From NCBI GenBank assembly GCA_964490075.1, contig CAZBBK010000001.1, positions 62,001 through 126,000 on the forward strand: a stretch of DNA of 64,000 nucleotides, given 5' to 3'. The stretch's first letter is position 1. Each line of letters opens with the position of its first letter. The DNA comes from an uncultured Gemmatimonadota bacterium. Lineage in GTDB: Bacteria > GCA-2686955. Of the stretch, positions 41,905 to 54,082 are shown piece after piece. The notes beneath the pieces are model-generated. The model made no database searches. It saw only the letters and a program-made list of their open reading frames with translations, and had not been told where the DNA came from. A program made the position numbers and the translations under genes.

Positions 41905-42291
41905 ATGGGGGGGCCGCGCCGGATGGCGATCGTCTGCACGCCAGCCGCGTCGTTCGCGAGGGCCCCCTGGCAGAGAAGGGGCGCCGTGCCTGGTCCAGCT
42001 CCCAAGGGCACCACCGCGGTCGTACTCGCTCCCGGCTTCGCCGCTCTCGCCACCTGGGGCGATTCTCTCTACGTGCCCGACCACCGCGGCGCCAAGATCC
42101 GCCAGATCGCGTCGGCCATGCTCCCGGATCGCACCTGCAACCTGGCGCTGGCCCACCACGCCAAGGGCCGCCCCCACATCGTTCGCAACGTCGGCCGCTA
42201 TGGCTACCAGGTCTTCACCCTGCGCGAGGGCCGCCTGGAACCCGCCCCGGCGGCGCCGGTGGAGCTGTGGGGGTTCGAGGGGAGGCGCTGA
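41905..42291 (+). CDS. Hypothetical protein or gene fragment
   Basis: The 3' two-thirds has strongly G/C-ending codons (WGDSLYVPD...GYQVFTL) and is followed by a GC hairpin; the 5' part is not convincing. Confidence 0.35.
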   Translation: MGGPRRMAIVCTPAASFARAPWQRRGAVPGPAPKGTTAVVLAPGFAALATWGDSLYVPDHRGAKIRQIASAMLPDRTCNLALAHHAKGRPHIVRNVGRYGYQVFTLREGRLEPAPAAPVELWGFEGRR

Positions 42292-42819
42292 GGGGGCGCG
42301 GGCGGCCGGCAGGATCCCGCGCCGGGATCTGGACCCGCGCCCCCGCCCCAAAACGACAGAGGCGCGAGCAGCGCCTCACGCGCCACCCGCGCCTCGCAAC
42401 CGCGCTCGACGGACGGCCGTCGCTCAGGACGCCGTCAGCTTCTGATGATCGATCGTGCCATGGTGGTGCGAACGCTCATACCAGCGCAGCGGTGCTCCCA
42501 CGCGCCCGGGCAGAAGGTTTCGCCGCCTCGAAAGCCGACGCACCCTTCACCCAGATCCAGAGCTTCGGCCCAGCCGCCACCAGTTGGTGAGCGCCTCCCG
42601 CACGGTCGCCGGCTCGATCGGCCTCGGAGACACGCCCGTCGCCCGATCGAATCGGCCCCGAACCAGACGCCCCGCTTCGCGGGGATCGAGGATCGTGGAG
42701 CACCGCATCGGCTCGCCATCGGTGATGTCGAAATATCGCCATTTCGATGATGTCTGGCTGGTTCGCTCTGGATCATTCCTTACCGACATCCTGACCCTTG
42801 GGGAATATAGCGTGAAAAC

Positions 42820-44232
42820 TCAGTCGAGGTAGCCCAATGTCCGGATTTCTTCCAGGTTTTTTTCATCTATTTCCGCGGGCGCCCCGGATACGTCCATCGT
42901 GTTCGCCGAACGCAGCCATTCGTCGAGCATTTCTTGCATCTCGTCGACCCGATCCAGCTTGCGCCCCGCCAGATTCTCCAGCTCGCGCGGATCGCCCTCG
43001 AGGTCGTAGAGCCCGAGGCTCGAGTCTGAGCGGCGCACCAGCTTCTCGCCGCCGAGATAGAGCGCCCGCTCGTCGCGATTCCAGCGCTCGCCGAAGCGCC
43101 GCACCATCGACAGATTGGAAAACGCCTCGGCGACCACCGGCTGCTCGCGCCGGCTCAGAGGCTCGGGACCGCGCGGCAACAGGTTGCGACCGGTCACGCC
43201 GGGGGGCGACTGCAGTCGCAAAGCAGCCAGCAGGGTGGCGAGCAGCTCGCGCGGCTGCACCGTGATCCGCACCAGGCTGCCCGGCCGGGCGCGATCGGAG
43301 AGCACGGCAGGCAGCTTCATCATCAGCGGCACGTGCAGCACATCGTCCCAGGTCACCAGGCCGTGGCCGTAGAACTGGTGGTCGCCGAAGCTCTCCCCGT
43401 GATCGGCGGTCACGATGATCCAGCAATCGTCGTAGATTCCGGTGCGCTCGAGGGCGTCGCAGAGGCGCCCGATCTGGGCGTCGATGAACTCGATCTCGCC
43501 GTCGTAGAGCCGCTCCAGCCGTGCCCGCTCCTCCGGCCGGATGTTCCCGCCGCCGGAATTCACGCGCGCCTCCACTTCGCCCACGTCGCCGTCCGGATCG
43601 ACGCCGGCAGGCCGGTGGGGGGGCGGCGGCGTGTAGGGGCTGTGGGCATCGAAGTAGTGGACGAAGAGGAAGAGCGGCCGGTCGGTGGGACGCCCCTCGA
43701 GCAACTCGATCGCGGAATCGCTGACCCGGTCGGCCGTTACCCCCAGAGCATCCTCGACCTCGGCCGAGTAGTCGGCGAAGCCGCGCGCCAATCCAAACAC
43801 CGGCTTCAGCCACACCACCGAGGCGACGCCAGCGCTGTGGTAGCCGGCCGCGCCCAGCAGCTCGGCCATGGTGGGGATTTCCTGCGCCATCACCGCCACC
43901 CGATGCCAGGAGATGCCGAACTCGCTCTCGGGATCGTAGCGAGCCCCGTGGCCGCTCACCGGCCGCCCGCTGAAGAGCGAGGCGTGGGCCGGCAAGGTCC
44001 AGGGCGAGGAGCTGATGGCGCGCTCGTAGCGCACCCCCTCGCGGGCGATTCGATCGATCGAGGGGGTGCGGGCGGTGCCGCCGTAGCAGCCGAGGTGGTC
44101 GGCACGTACGGTGTCGAGGCTGATCAACACGATGTGGGGACGGGGCGGCGGTCCCTCGCGGAGCGGACCCGAGCCGCCGCATCCCGAGGCGGCGAAGAGC
44201 CCGGCCAATGCGTAGAGCCAACGAGCGAACAT
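42820..44232 (-). CDS. Sulfatase-like lipoprotein (Thr-type active-site motif)
   Basis: Lipobox ASG-C; ISLDTVRADH, SPWTLPAHASLFSG, DAHSPY, TADHGE, GHG, C-terminal IRTLGYL. Confidence 0.9.
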   Translation of the reverse strand: MFARWLYALAGLFAASGCGGSGPLREGPPPRPHIVLISLDTVRADHLGCYGGTARTPSIDRIAREGVRYERAISSSPWTLPAHASLFSGRPVSGHGARYDPESEFGISWHRVAVMAQEIPTMAELLGAAGYHSAGVASVVWLKPVFGLARGFADYSAEVEDALGVTADRVSDSAIELLEGRPTDRPLFLFVHYFDAHSPYTPPPPHRPAGVDPDGDVGEVEARVNSGGGNIRPEERARLERLYDGEIEFIDAQIGRLCDALERTGIYDDCWIIVTADHGESFGDHQFYGHGLVTWDDVLHVPLMMKLPAVLSDRARPGSLVRITVQPRELLATLLAALRLQSPPGVTGRNLLPRGPEPLSRREQPVVAEAFSNLSMVRRFGERWNRDERALYLGGEKLVRRSDSSLGLYDLEGDPRELENLAGRKLDRVDEMQEMLDEWLRSANTMDVSGAPAEIDEKNLEEIRTLGYLD

Positions 44233-44403
44233 CGACCGAGACTAACGCAACGAGCCCACGACCGCGCCATTTCGCGAGCCCTTCCCTGGGGCGCGACATC
44301 TCGCGTTTCGCGGCCGCAGGATATCGCGGATCGGCCGCCCATGGGATCACTCTATCGGTCGCAACTGCCTGGGAAACAGTCGCCTGGCGCCACCTCACGA
44401 TAC

Positions 44404-44419
44404 TGGCATGGGGCCTGCA
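44404..44419 (+). promoter_or_regulatory. Putative sigma-54 promoter for the ferritin-like gene
   Basis: TGGCATGGGGCCTGCA with correct GG/GC spacing, 64 bp before ATG 44483. Confidence 0.5.
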
Positions 44420-44482
44420 AGAGAGGCTGCGTCAACCAGCACGATAGTTGCGGCCCCGACCGCGCACGAAACGGAGATTCCG

Positions 44483-44929
44483 ATGACCGACAAGACAGCC
44501 GGCGCCGACCGCGCCCGGGAAATGGTGGAGATTCTTCAGTCCTGGCAGTCAATCGAGCGCGCCAGCATGAACCAGACGGCGGAGATCATGGAGCGCACTC
44601 AGAGCCCGCTCATCCGCATGGTGATGGAGATCATCCGCCACGACTCGCTCATGCATCATCGCGTGCAGCAGTTCTTGGTCGACAGCCTGACGCGCCAGGA
44701 CGTGGCGGTCACGCGCGAGGATGTCGCCGAGATCTATGATCAGCTCGAGGCGCACGATCAGCTGGAGCGCAAGACCCTCGCGCTGGCGACCCAGCTTCGA
44801 GAGATGGCCTGGACGCCGGTGCACCGCCAGCTGCTCGACTACCTGATCACCGACGAGCGAAAGCACGACGCGCTGATCGCGCAGCTGGAAGAACTCAAGG
44901 CGGGCATGACGCGCGCCTCGGGCGCCTGA
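44483..44929 (+). CDS. Ferritin-like four-helix-bundle protein
   Basis: GGAG RBS; two helical repeats with E...DSLMH and E...DERKH ligand-like motifs. Confidence 0.75.
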   Translation: MTDKTAGADRAREMVEILQSWQSIERASMNQTAEIMERTQSPLIRMVMEIIRHDSLMHHRVQQFLVDSLTRQDVAVTREDVAEIYDQLEAHDQLERKTLALATQLREMAWTPVHRQLLDYLITDERKHDALIAQLEELKAGMTRASGA

Positions 44930-44954
44930 CTCGGACAGCCCCGAGCGCGTCGGC

Positions 44955-46115
44955 TCAGCCGCTCTCCTCGGACGGCGCGTCCTCGGGCTGCCCGGCCGCG
45001 CGCCAGAAATCGCGGGCGTGGCGGCGAGCCAGCTCCTCCTTGGGCACCAGGTCGCGCCAGAAGACGTCGCGCACCGCCCACAGCCGGTTACGCACCGCGG
45101 GCGGGGTGAGGTCGGCCAAGCCCTCGTCACCCAGCTCGCGCAGCCCGCCGATGCCGGCGAAGGTGCGCCCCGACGAGTCGACCGGCCGGCCGTCTCCGCC
45201 GTCGCAGCCGATCACCACGACGACCGCATCCGAATCGAAGCCCTCGGCCCGCGCCACTTGAATCGCCGCCATCAGGTTGGCGATCGACCCCGGTCCCATC
45301 TCCCAGCGGTAGCCGAGCTCGCGTACGCAGTAGTCGCGAACCACGGCTCCGAGCGCCGGATCGACCCGGGCCACGCGATCGAGCCCGTCGAGATCGACGT
45401 TGAGGGGCATCAGCACCCCTTCGGCCTCCTCGCCCTGCGCGGCGCGCCACAGGGCACCGCCCTGCCCCGATTCCACCGCGATGGTGAGCGCCTCGGGATA
45501 GACCGGCTTGACGCGATCGGCCGCCGCGAAAGTGGCGGGTGTCGAGGCGCTCGAGACCAGCGCCGCGATCGCCCCGTCGATCGTGTCGAGGATCGCGCCC
45601 CCGGTCACCTGGTGGTGAAAGCGGTAGGCGGCCATGCTTTCGTAGGGCGCGATCAGAGCCACGTCTGGGTCGGCCGCCAGCTCCGCGACTCGCGTCAATA
45701 GCTCCCGGTCGCCTGCGGCGGAAAGATCGATCAGCTCGGTTCCATAGACGCGGTGAGCGGCGCGTCCTTCTTCGTCGAGGGACTTCGGACAGGCGACCGT
45801 GTGGCGATAGCCCCGGCGTCGCGCCACCCAGGCGGCGCCCGGCCCGAGGGTCGCGGTGCAGGGGCTCAGCAGGTTGGTCCGCCCCGGCGCGATGGTCCCC
45901 TCCTCCTCGGCGGCCCGGACGATCCCATAGGCCGAGAGCACGTCGACCGAGCCGGTCGGCAGCGCCCCACCCAGCAGCATCACGATCCGCGCCTCGACGC
46001 CGGTCAGCTCCACGGGAAGCTCCGCGGCCACCCAGCGCAGGCGCCAGAAATCGTTCGGGGCGAAAAGCGCGGAGTCCGCCAGGGTCGGGTAGCCGGGATC
46101 GTGGATCTGGATCAT
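44955..46115 (-). CDS. PLP-dependent fold-type II (cysteine-synthase-like) protein with degenerate active site
   Basis: LP.ELTGV.ARI, PTGS, H..VTG..I, I..VE, G..S.AN..AA...A follow the family layout; the Schiff-base Lys is absent. Confidence 0.75.
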   Translation of the reverse strand: MIQIHDPGYPTLADSALFAPNDFWRLRWVAAELPVELTGVEARIVMLLGGALPTGSVDVLSAYGIVRAAEEEGTIAPGRTNLLSPCTATLGPGAAWVARRRGYRHTVACPKSLDEEGRAAHRVYGTELIDLSAAGDRELLTRVAELAADPDVALIAPYESMAAYRFHHQVTGGAILDTIDGAIAALVSSASTPATFAAADRVKPVYPEALTIAVESGQGGALWRAAQGEEAEGVLMPLNVDLDGLDRVARVDPALGAVVRDYCVRELGYRWEMGPGSIANLMAAIQVARAEGFDSDAVVVVIGCDGGDGRPVDSSGRTFAGIGGLRELGDEGLADLTPPAVRNRLWAVRDVFWRDLVPKEELARRHARDFWRAAGQPEDAPSEESG

Positions 46116-46285
46116 CGTCGTCTCCAGCTGTCGACCGCCATACCCCCCGGTGCCAGCGGTGCTCTCACGGGTGTCGGGGCGCAGTGCCCCTATTCATCTA
46201 GTTCGGTTGACGCGCGAGTCTCTGAAGATCCTTCGACCCCGCGCGCGCGATCGGCGCCCCCCCGGGCCGCGTCGTCGCGTGCTTA

Positions 46286-46464
46286 GGGTCGGCGAAGTAA
46301 CAACTCCCCGGGTTTGCGCCCAGATGTGCCGTGGATCCGGTCGATCGGTGAGGTCCGAAACCGGAGGAATAGCAGAGCTATTTCGAGGATTTCGGGGCTC
46401 GCCGATCGGCCGGAGACGCGGTGCAGATGGGATGCAAACACGGGAGTTGTTTCTTCGCCGACCC
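46286..46464. mobile_element. 179-bp palindromic MITE-like element
   Basis: 23-bp terminal inverted repeats (22/23 match) GGGTCGGCGAAGTAACAACTCCC; arms pair throughout; central GGAATAGC-AGA-GCTATTTC; TTA directly on both sides. Confidence 0.85.
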
Positions 46465-49302
<2,838 letters not shown>

Positions 49303-49360
49303 CAGGATCTCCGGCTGAGTGGATCTTGGGGCACGCGCGGACCAGACGCCAGCACCCTTG

Positions 49361-51166
49361 TCAGATTCCCAGCGACCCCAAGTCGTCGCCCAGCCAGCCG
49401 CGCAGCCGCGCACGCGCCTCTTCCGAGGGATCCTCGACCGGCTCCACGCGGAACTGATCGGGCGGCCAAGGCGCCAGCACCAGCTCCACGTCGCGCAGCA
49501 TCCCGCCGCGCGCCAGAGTGATGCGAATCATCTGTCCCGAACGGCGCTCCATGAAGCGCTCGCGCAACCCCTCTTCGGTCCAGGCACGATGCCCGTTGAT
49601 GGCGATGATCTCGTCGCCGACATAGAGGCCGGCGCGCGCGGCAGGCGTATCGACCCGCACCCGACTGACGATCGCCCGACCCGGCACGTCGCGCACGTCG
49701 ATGCCGATCTGTCCCCCGGGCGGCGGACCGCCGTCGACCGAGCGTTTCCAGCCCGCAACCAGGCGCAGGCCGAAAGGCGCCAGATGACGCTCGAAGTCGA
49801 TCTCCTCGGTGCCGTGCACGTAGGCGTCAAAGAAATCCCGCATCGATTCGCCGGCGACCGAATCGACTACCTCGCGAAAAAGGTCGCGATTCATTCCGCC
49901 GTAGTCGTCGCCCTGGTAGTCGCGGTACAGTGCGCGCATCACATCGTCCATGCTGCGCTCGCCGCCCGTGATGCGACGGATTTCCAGGTCGAGCATCCAG
50001 GTCACCAGGCTGCCTTTCAGGTAGTACGAGACGGTCGAATTCTGCGACTCCTCGTCGGCACGGTAGAACTTGATCCAGGCGTCGAACGACGCTTCCTCGA
50101 GAGTCTGCACCTTGCGCCCAGGCGCCTTCAACAGGCGGGCGATCTTCTCTCCGAAGAGATCGAGAAGCTGACGCGGCGAGGTCAATCCGGCGCGCATCAC
50201 CAGAAGATTGTCGTAGTAAGCGGTGGTCCCCTCGGCCACCCACAACAGGCGCGTGTAGATCTCTTGCGTGTAGTCGAAGTTGGAAAAGGTGTGGGGACGG
50301 ATCCGCTTGACATTGAATACGTGAAAAAACTCGTGACAGACCAGGGAGAGCCAGCGACGCCAGTATTGCTCCGGCGAAATCAACGCATATCGCGAGAGCA
50401 ACAGAGCACAGGAGTTGTGGTGTTCCAGCCCACCGAAGCCGGTGTCGGTGGCGTGCACCAGAAAGGTGTAGTGCTCGTAGGGCACCTCGCCGAACATCCG
50501 CAGCACGGTTTCCGTGATCCGCTCCAGATCGGGGGCCAGGGCGCGGACCGAGATCTCGCTGTGGCCGCTGAGCGCCACCCGGTGCGGGACTCCCCGCACC
50601 CGGAACTCGGCGACACTCTGGTTGCCCAGCATGATCGGCGAGTCGACCAGATCGTCGAAGTCGAGCGCCTGGTAGCTGGTCTCGGTTCCCGGCACGAGGG
50701 CGAGCGCGGTGGAGATCCGCCGCCACGACTCCGGCAGCTCGAACTCGATGATATGCGGCAGATCGGCCCGACCGTCGGCCCACATGAAGAGCCCGGCGGG
50801 CGAGATGAAGGCGCGATCGGCATCGACGTAGGAGCTGCGCACGCTCTTTTCAAAGGCATAGACCAGGTAGCGCACGGTGATCCGCTCTTGCGCGCCCTCG
50901 AGCTCGACGCGCCACACGTTCTTCGAGCTCTTGTGCACCGGCAGCGGCCCGCCGTGGCCACGCACCGCGACCTCGTGCACGTGCCGGGAGTACTCGCGCA
51001 CCAGGTATGAGCCGGGGGTCCAGATCGGCATGATCAGATCGAGAGTCGGTCCTTCGGGGGCCGGCACCGTCATCTCGACCTCGATAAGATGGCGGTGGAC
51101 GTCCCGGAAGACCACCCGGTAGCGGGTGGCGAGCTCCGGAACGCTGTCGGGGAGGCGGTACTGCAC
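49361..51166 (-). CDS. M61 family metallopeptidase (glycyl aminopeptidase-like) with PDZ domain
   Basis: MPIWTPGSY.VREY, LVDSP, GGLEH, HEFFH.FNVKRI.P, LWVAEG.T.YY, SYYLKG, GD.IIAING. Confidence 0.95.
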   Translation of the reverse strand: MQYRLPDSVPELATRYRVVFRDVHRHLIEVEMTVPAPEGPTLDLIMPIWTPGSYLVREYSRHVHEVAVRGHGGPLPVHKSSKNVWRVELEGAQERITVRYLVYAFEKSVRSSYVDADRAFISPAGLFMWADGRADLPHIIEFELPESWRRISTALALVPGTETSYQALDFDDLVDSPIMLGNQSVAEFRVRGVPHRVALSGHSEISVRALAPDLERITETVLRMFGEVPYEHYTFLVHATDTGFGGLEHHNSCALLLSRYALISPEQYWRRWLSLVCHEFFHVFNVKRIRPHTFSNFDYTQEIYTRLLWVAEGTTAYYDNLLVMRAGLTSPRQLLDLFGEKIARLLKAPGRKVQTLEEASFDAWIKFYRADEESQNSTVSYYLKGSLVTWMLDLEIRRITGGERSMDDVMRALYRDYQGDDYGGMNRDLFREVVDSVAGESMRDFFDAYVHGTEEIDFERHLAPFGLRLVAGWKRSVDGGPPPGGQIGIDVRDVPGRAIVSRVRVDTPAARAGLYVGDEIIAINGHRAWTEEGLRERFMERRSGQMIRITLARGGMLRDVELVLAPWPPDQFRVEPVEDPSEEARARLRGWLGDDLGSLGI

Positions 51167-51206
51167 TCGGTTCTCCAGGCGAAACGGGCGGTGGTCGAAA
51201 CTGGCG

Positions 51207-51214
51207 AGTATAGT
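51207..51214. promoter_or_regulatory. Overlapping back-to-back -10 elements between the M61 gene and mce
   Basis: AGTATAGT gives TATAGT on + and TATACT on -, centred in a 93-bp divergent gap. Confidence 0.45.
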
Positions 51215-51259
51215 GATCGGCGGACGGACCGGCCCGGATCACTGCACGGAGTCACCACC

Positions 51260-51667
51260 ATGGGCGAAATCGAACGCATCCACCACATCGGCGTCGCGGT
51301 CGCGTCGCTGGAGGAGGCGATCCCCTTCTATCGCGACGTGCTGGGCCTGAGGCCGGCACCGATCGAAGAGGTGGCCGACCAGCAGGTGCGGGTCGCCTGC
51401 TTCGAGGTCGGGGAGAGCCGCATCGAGCTCCTGGAGCCGACCTCGCCGACCAGCCCGATCGCCGCCTTCCTGGACCGGCACGGTCCCGGGATCCATCACA
51501 TCGCCTACCAGTGCCAGGACCTGGCCCAGCGGCTGCGAGACTTGACCGCCGCCGGCGTACCGTTGATCGACCGCGAGCCGCGCGCGGGCGCCCACGGGAT
51601 GCGGATCGCGTTTCTGCATCCCAAGGGGACGGGACGGGTTCTGACCGAGCTCTGCGAGGGCGACTAG
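51260..51667 (+). CDS. mce: Methylmalonyl-CoA epimerase
   Basis: IHHIGVAV, Q.V...F..GESRIELLEP, GIHHIA, GAHG..IAFLHPK..G.VL.ELCE. Confidence 0.95.
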   Translation: MGEIERIHHIGVAVASLEEAIPFYRDVLGLRPAPIEEVADQQVRVACFEVGESRIELLEPTSPTSPIAAFLDRHGPGIHHIAYQCQDLAQRLRDLTAAGVPLIDREPRAGAHGMRIAFLHPKGTGRVLTELCEGD

Positions 51668-52510
51668 GACCCGGGACCGTGCAGCAGCCAGCGCCGCGCA
51701 ACCTGCTGCAGCCGATCGCGGTCGAGGGCGCGCCATCCTTCGACCTCCGAGATCAGCTCCTCCAGCAGGCGAGCGGCATCCGATTCGCCACGCTCCACCA
51801 GTGTCTCCAGCGCCGCGCGGGCTTCGGTCAGCGCGGCGCGCGGGGCGTTGCTTTCGCCGCCGGAACGGGATTGTTCGATCGCCTCTTGGCCATGATCGAG
51901 GCGCAGCAGGGTCTCGCCGAGATCGAGTCCGCCCTGACCGGCCGATCGAATCTGAAGCTCCACGCTCTGTTCGTCGGGGCCGCGCAGCGTGGTCGTCCTC
52001 ATGTGGCGGTGGTCCACGTCTTCGATCCAGTTGTCTCGGCCGTCGAGCCTGACCAGCGCGTTTCTGCCGGTCAGCGACTCCTCGTGCAGTCCGATCGCAC
52101 CGAGGCCGTCGCCTCCCAGGCCGACGGCCGCATCCCCTCCCTGGTCGGAGGTGGCGATCTGCAGCCGGTCGCCGACCGCGGTGACGGTGATCTCGGAGGC
52201 CGTCAGCCCGGCCACGGTCAAGGCCCGATCGACCGCGGACTCGAGGGCGCTGGCCAGATCCTCGGCCGATTCGTAATTCCCGCATAGAGCGTGGGGGTGA
52301 ACACGTGGGAGTGGTCGAGAGCCACTGAGAAGGTCGTGCGCTCAATGACCAGCGTAGAGCTGAAATCCAATTCGTCGCCGAGGATGATCGCAGGCTCCGC
52401 CTCGCGCGTGATCTCGATCGTGCGCTCGCCGTGCTCGAGCGTCACGTTGCGCGGCTGCGAGAGGCCGAGGCTGGTGTCGCTGAGGTTCCAGAAAGGGTCG
52501 CGCGGCCCTC
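51664..52510 (-). pseudogene. 5'-truncated, frameshifted gene resembling flagellin/hook-associated variable domains
   Basis: ORFs 52218-52565 and 51664-52221 join through a 1-nt shift near 52280 (TLYAG|NYESAEDLASALESA). No start or RBS is seen. The family call is weak. Confidence 0.45.
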
Positions 52511-52548
52511 TCTCGCCCGAGCCGGGCTCGGGCAGGGCGCGGGAGTCG

Positions 52549-53838
52549 CCGGTCCCCGCCACCACGCTCCACGTGCCGGCGCACTACCCGACCATCCAGA
52601 GCGGCCTCGACGCCGCCGTGCCGGGAGACACGGTGCTGGTGGAGGCGGGGATCTACACCGGGCCGGGCGACCGCGACCTCGACTTCGGGGGGATCGACTT
52701 GGTGCTGCGCTCGGAGCTGGGGGCGGGGGCGACGGTGATCGACGGCGAAGGATTGGGGCGTGGCTTCTACCTGCGGCGCGGCGAGAGCCCGGCGGCGCGC
52801 ATCGAGGGGTTCACGGTGCGGCGAGGCAACGGCGGCATCGCCTGCGTGGAGGCTTCGCCGACGATCGCGGAGTGCTACATCCCTAATCCGCCACCCCATC
52901 CGTGTCCCGGCCGATCATGCGACGATTCAACCCGCGATCGACGCGGCCAACGCCGGTGACACGGTGCTGGTCGCCGCCGGGACCTTCAGCGGCCCCGGCA
53001 ACATCGCGCTCGATTTCGGCGGTGTCGAGCTGGTGCTGCGCTCCGAAAGCGGGGCCGACTCGACCGTGATCGATGGTGAGCGCAAAGGGCCCGGTGTGTT
53101 CTTTCTGAGTGGCGAGAGCGCCGCCGCCCGTCTGGAGGGCTTCACGATTCGGGGCGCTGTGGGCGGAATCGCCTGCGGCGGATCGTCACCGACTTTGAGC
53201 GCATCGTACGTAACTGGCGGCGCCACCGAATCGGGCGCGGGATTGTTCTGTTCCGAGCGCGCCGCCCCGCGGGTGGTCGATTGCGTGATAATCGGGAACT
53301 CGGCCCAATCCATGGGAGGAGTCCACTGCACCTTGGGGGGCGGCGCCGAGCTTCGAGCGGTGCGTGATTTCCAGCAACACTGCAGCCAAAGGCGGCGTAG
53401 TGTCGGCGGAGCGGATCTCGTTCGGGTCGTTCACCGATTGTGTCATCAGCGACAACGCTGCAACAGAACGCGATGGGGCCGGCCTCTTCTGGAACACTTG
53501 GTACGTGGATTCGCTGGCGTTCATCCGATGCGCGATCGAGCGCAACGGCCAATCGGCCGAGGATCGACACGGACTCGCCCTTCGGAACGCGCGAGTCGCG
53601 ATGACCGATTGCGTAGTCGCACTCTACCTGAACGCCCACGCCCGGGTGCGTCTGGCGATCCACGATGCACGGGGAGCCGTGGTGCGCGTGCTGGTGGACC
53701 AGCCGCTGCGGCCGGGACGCCACTCGGTGGCCTGGGACGAAATCGGCTCGAGCGGCACGGCGGTAGCCTCGGGCCTCTACCTGGCGCGCATCGAAGCCGG
53801 CGGGGCGACCGAGATCCGACGGTTGGTGCTGGTTCGTT
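52549..53838 (+). pseudogene. Degraded beta-helix repeat gene: duplicated N-terminal module, two frameshifts, FlgD-Ig-like C-terminal domain
   Basis: Three frames: HVPAHYPTIQSGLDAA..GDTVLV; RVPADHATIQPAIDAA..GDTVLV; VISSNTA...VRLAIHDARG..VR.LV...G.HSV.WD...VASGLY.ARI...RRLVLVR. No signal peptide or start. Confidence 0.8.
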
Positions 53839-53839
53839 G

Positions 53840-54001
53840 GTTCCCATCCACGAATGCAGGTCTGCGGCTGCCGGAGCGCGACGGGCCCAGATGCAAGGCG
53901 GCGAAGCCGAAGGAATAGCAGGGCTATTTCGAGGTTTCGCCAACGCGGCAGATGGGTCCGTCCCGCCCGGCAGGCGCGGGGCTGCATTCGTGGATGGGAA
54001 C
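53840..54001. mobile_element. ~162-bp palindromic MITE-like element
   Basis: Perfect 20-bp inverted repeats GTTCCCATCCACGAATGCAG; core CCGAAGGAATAGCAGGGCTATTTCGAGG is 26/28 identical to the 46286 element; TCGTT on both flanks. Confidence 0.85.
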
Positions 54002-54082
54002 TCGTTAGGGTCCGCGCCTCCGCGGCCCCGTCCGAGCCCGGTTACTCTGTGATGGAGCCGCCCCATCCGCGGGAGAAGACCG

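Noticed and set aside
52549-53200. Duplicated beta-helix modules as a diversity-generating retroelement TR/VR pair
   Set aside because: Differences are not adenine-specific and no reverse transcriptase is present.
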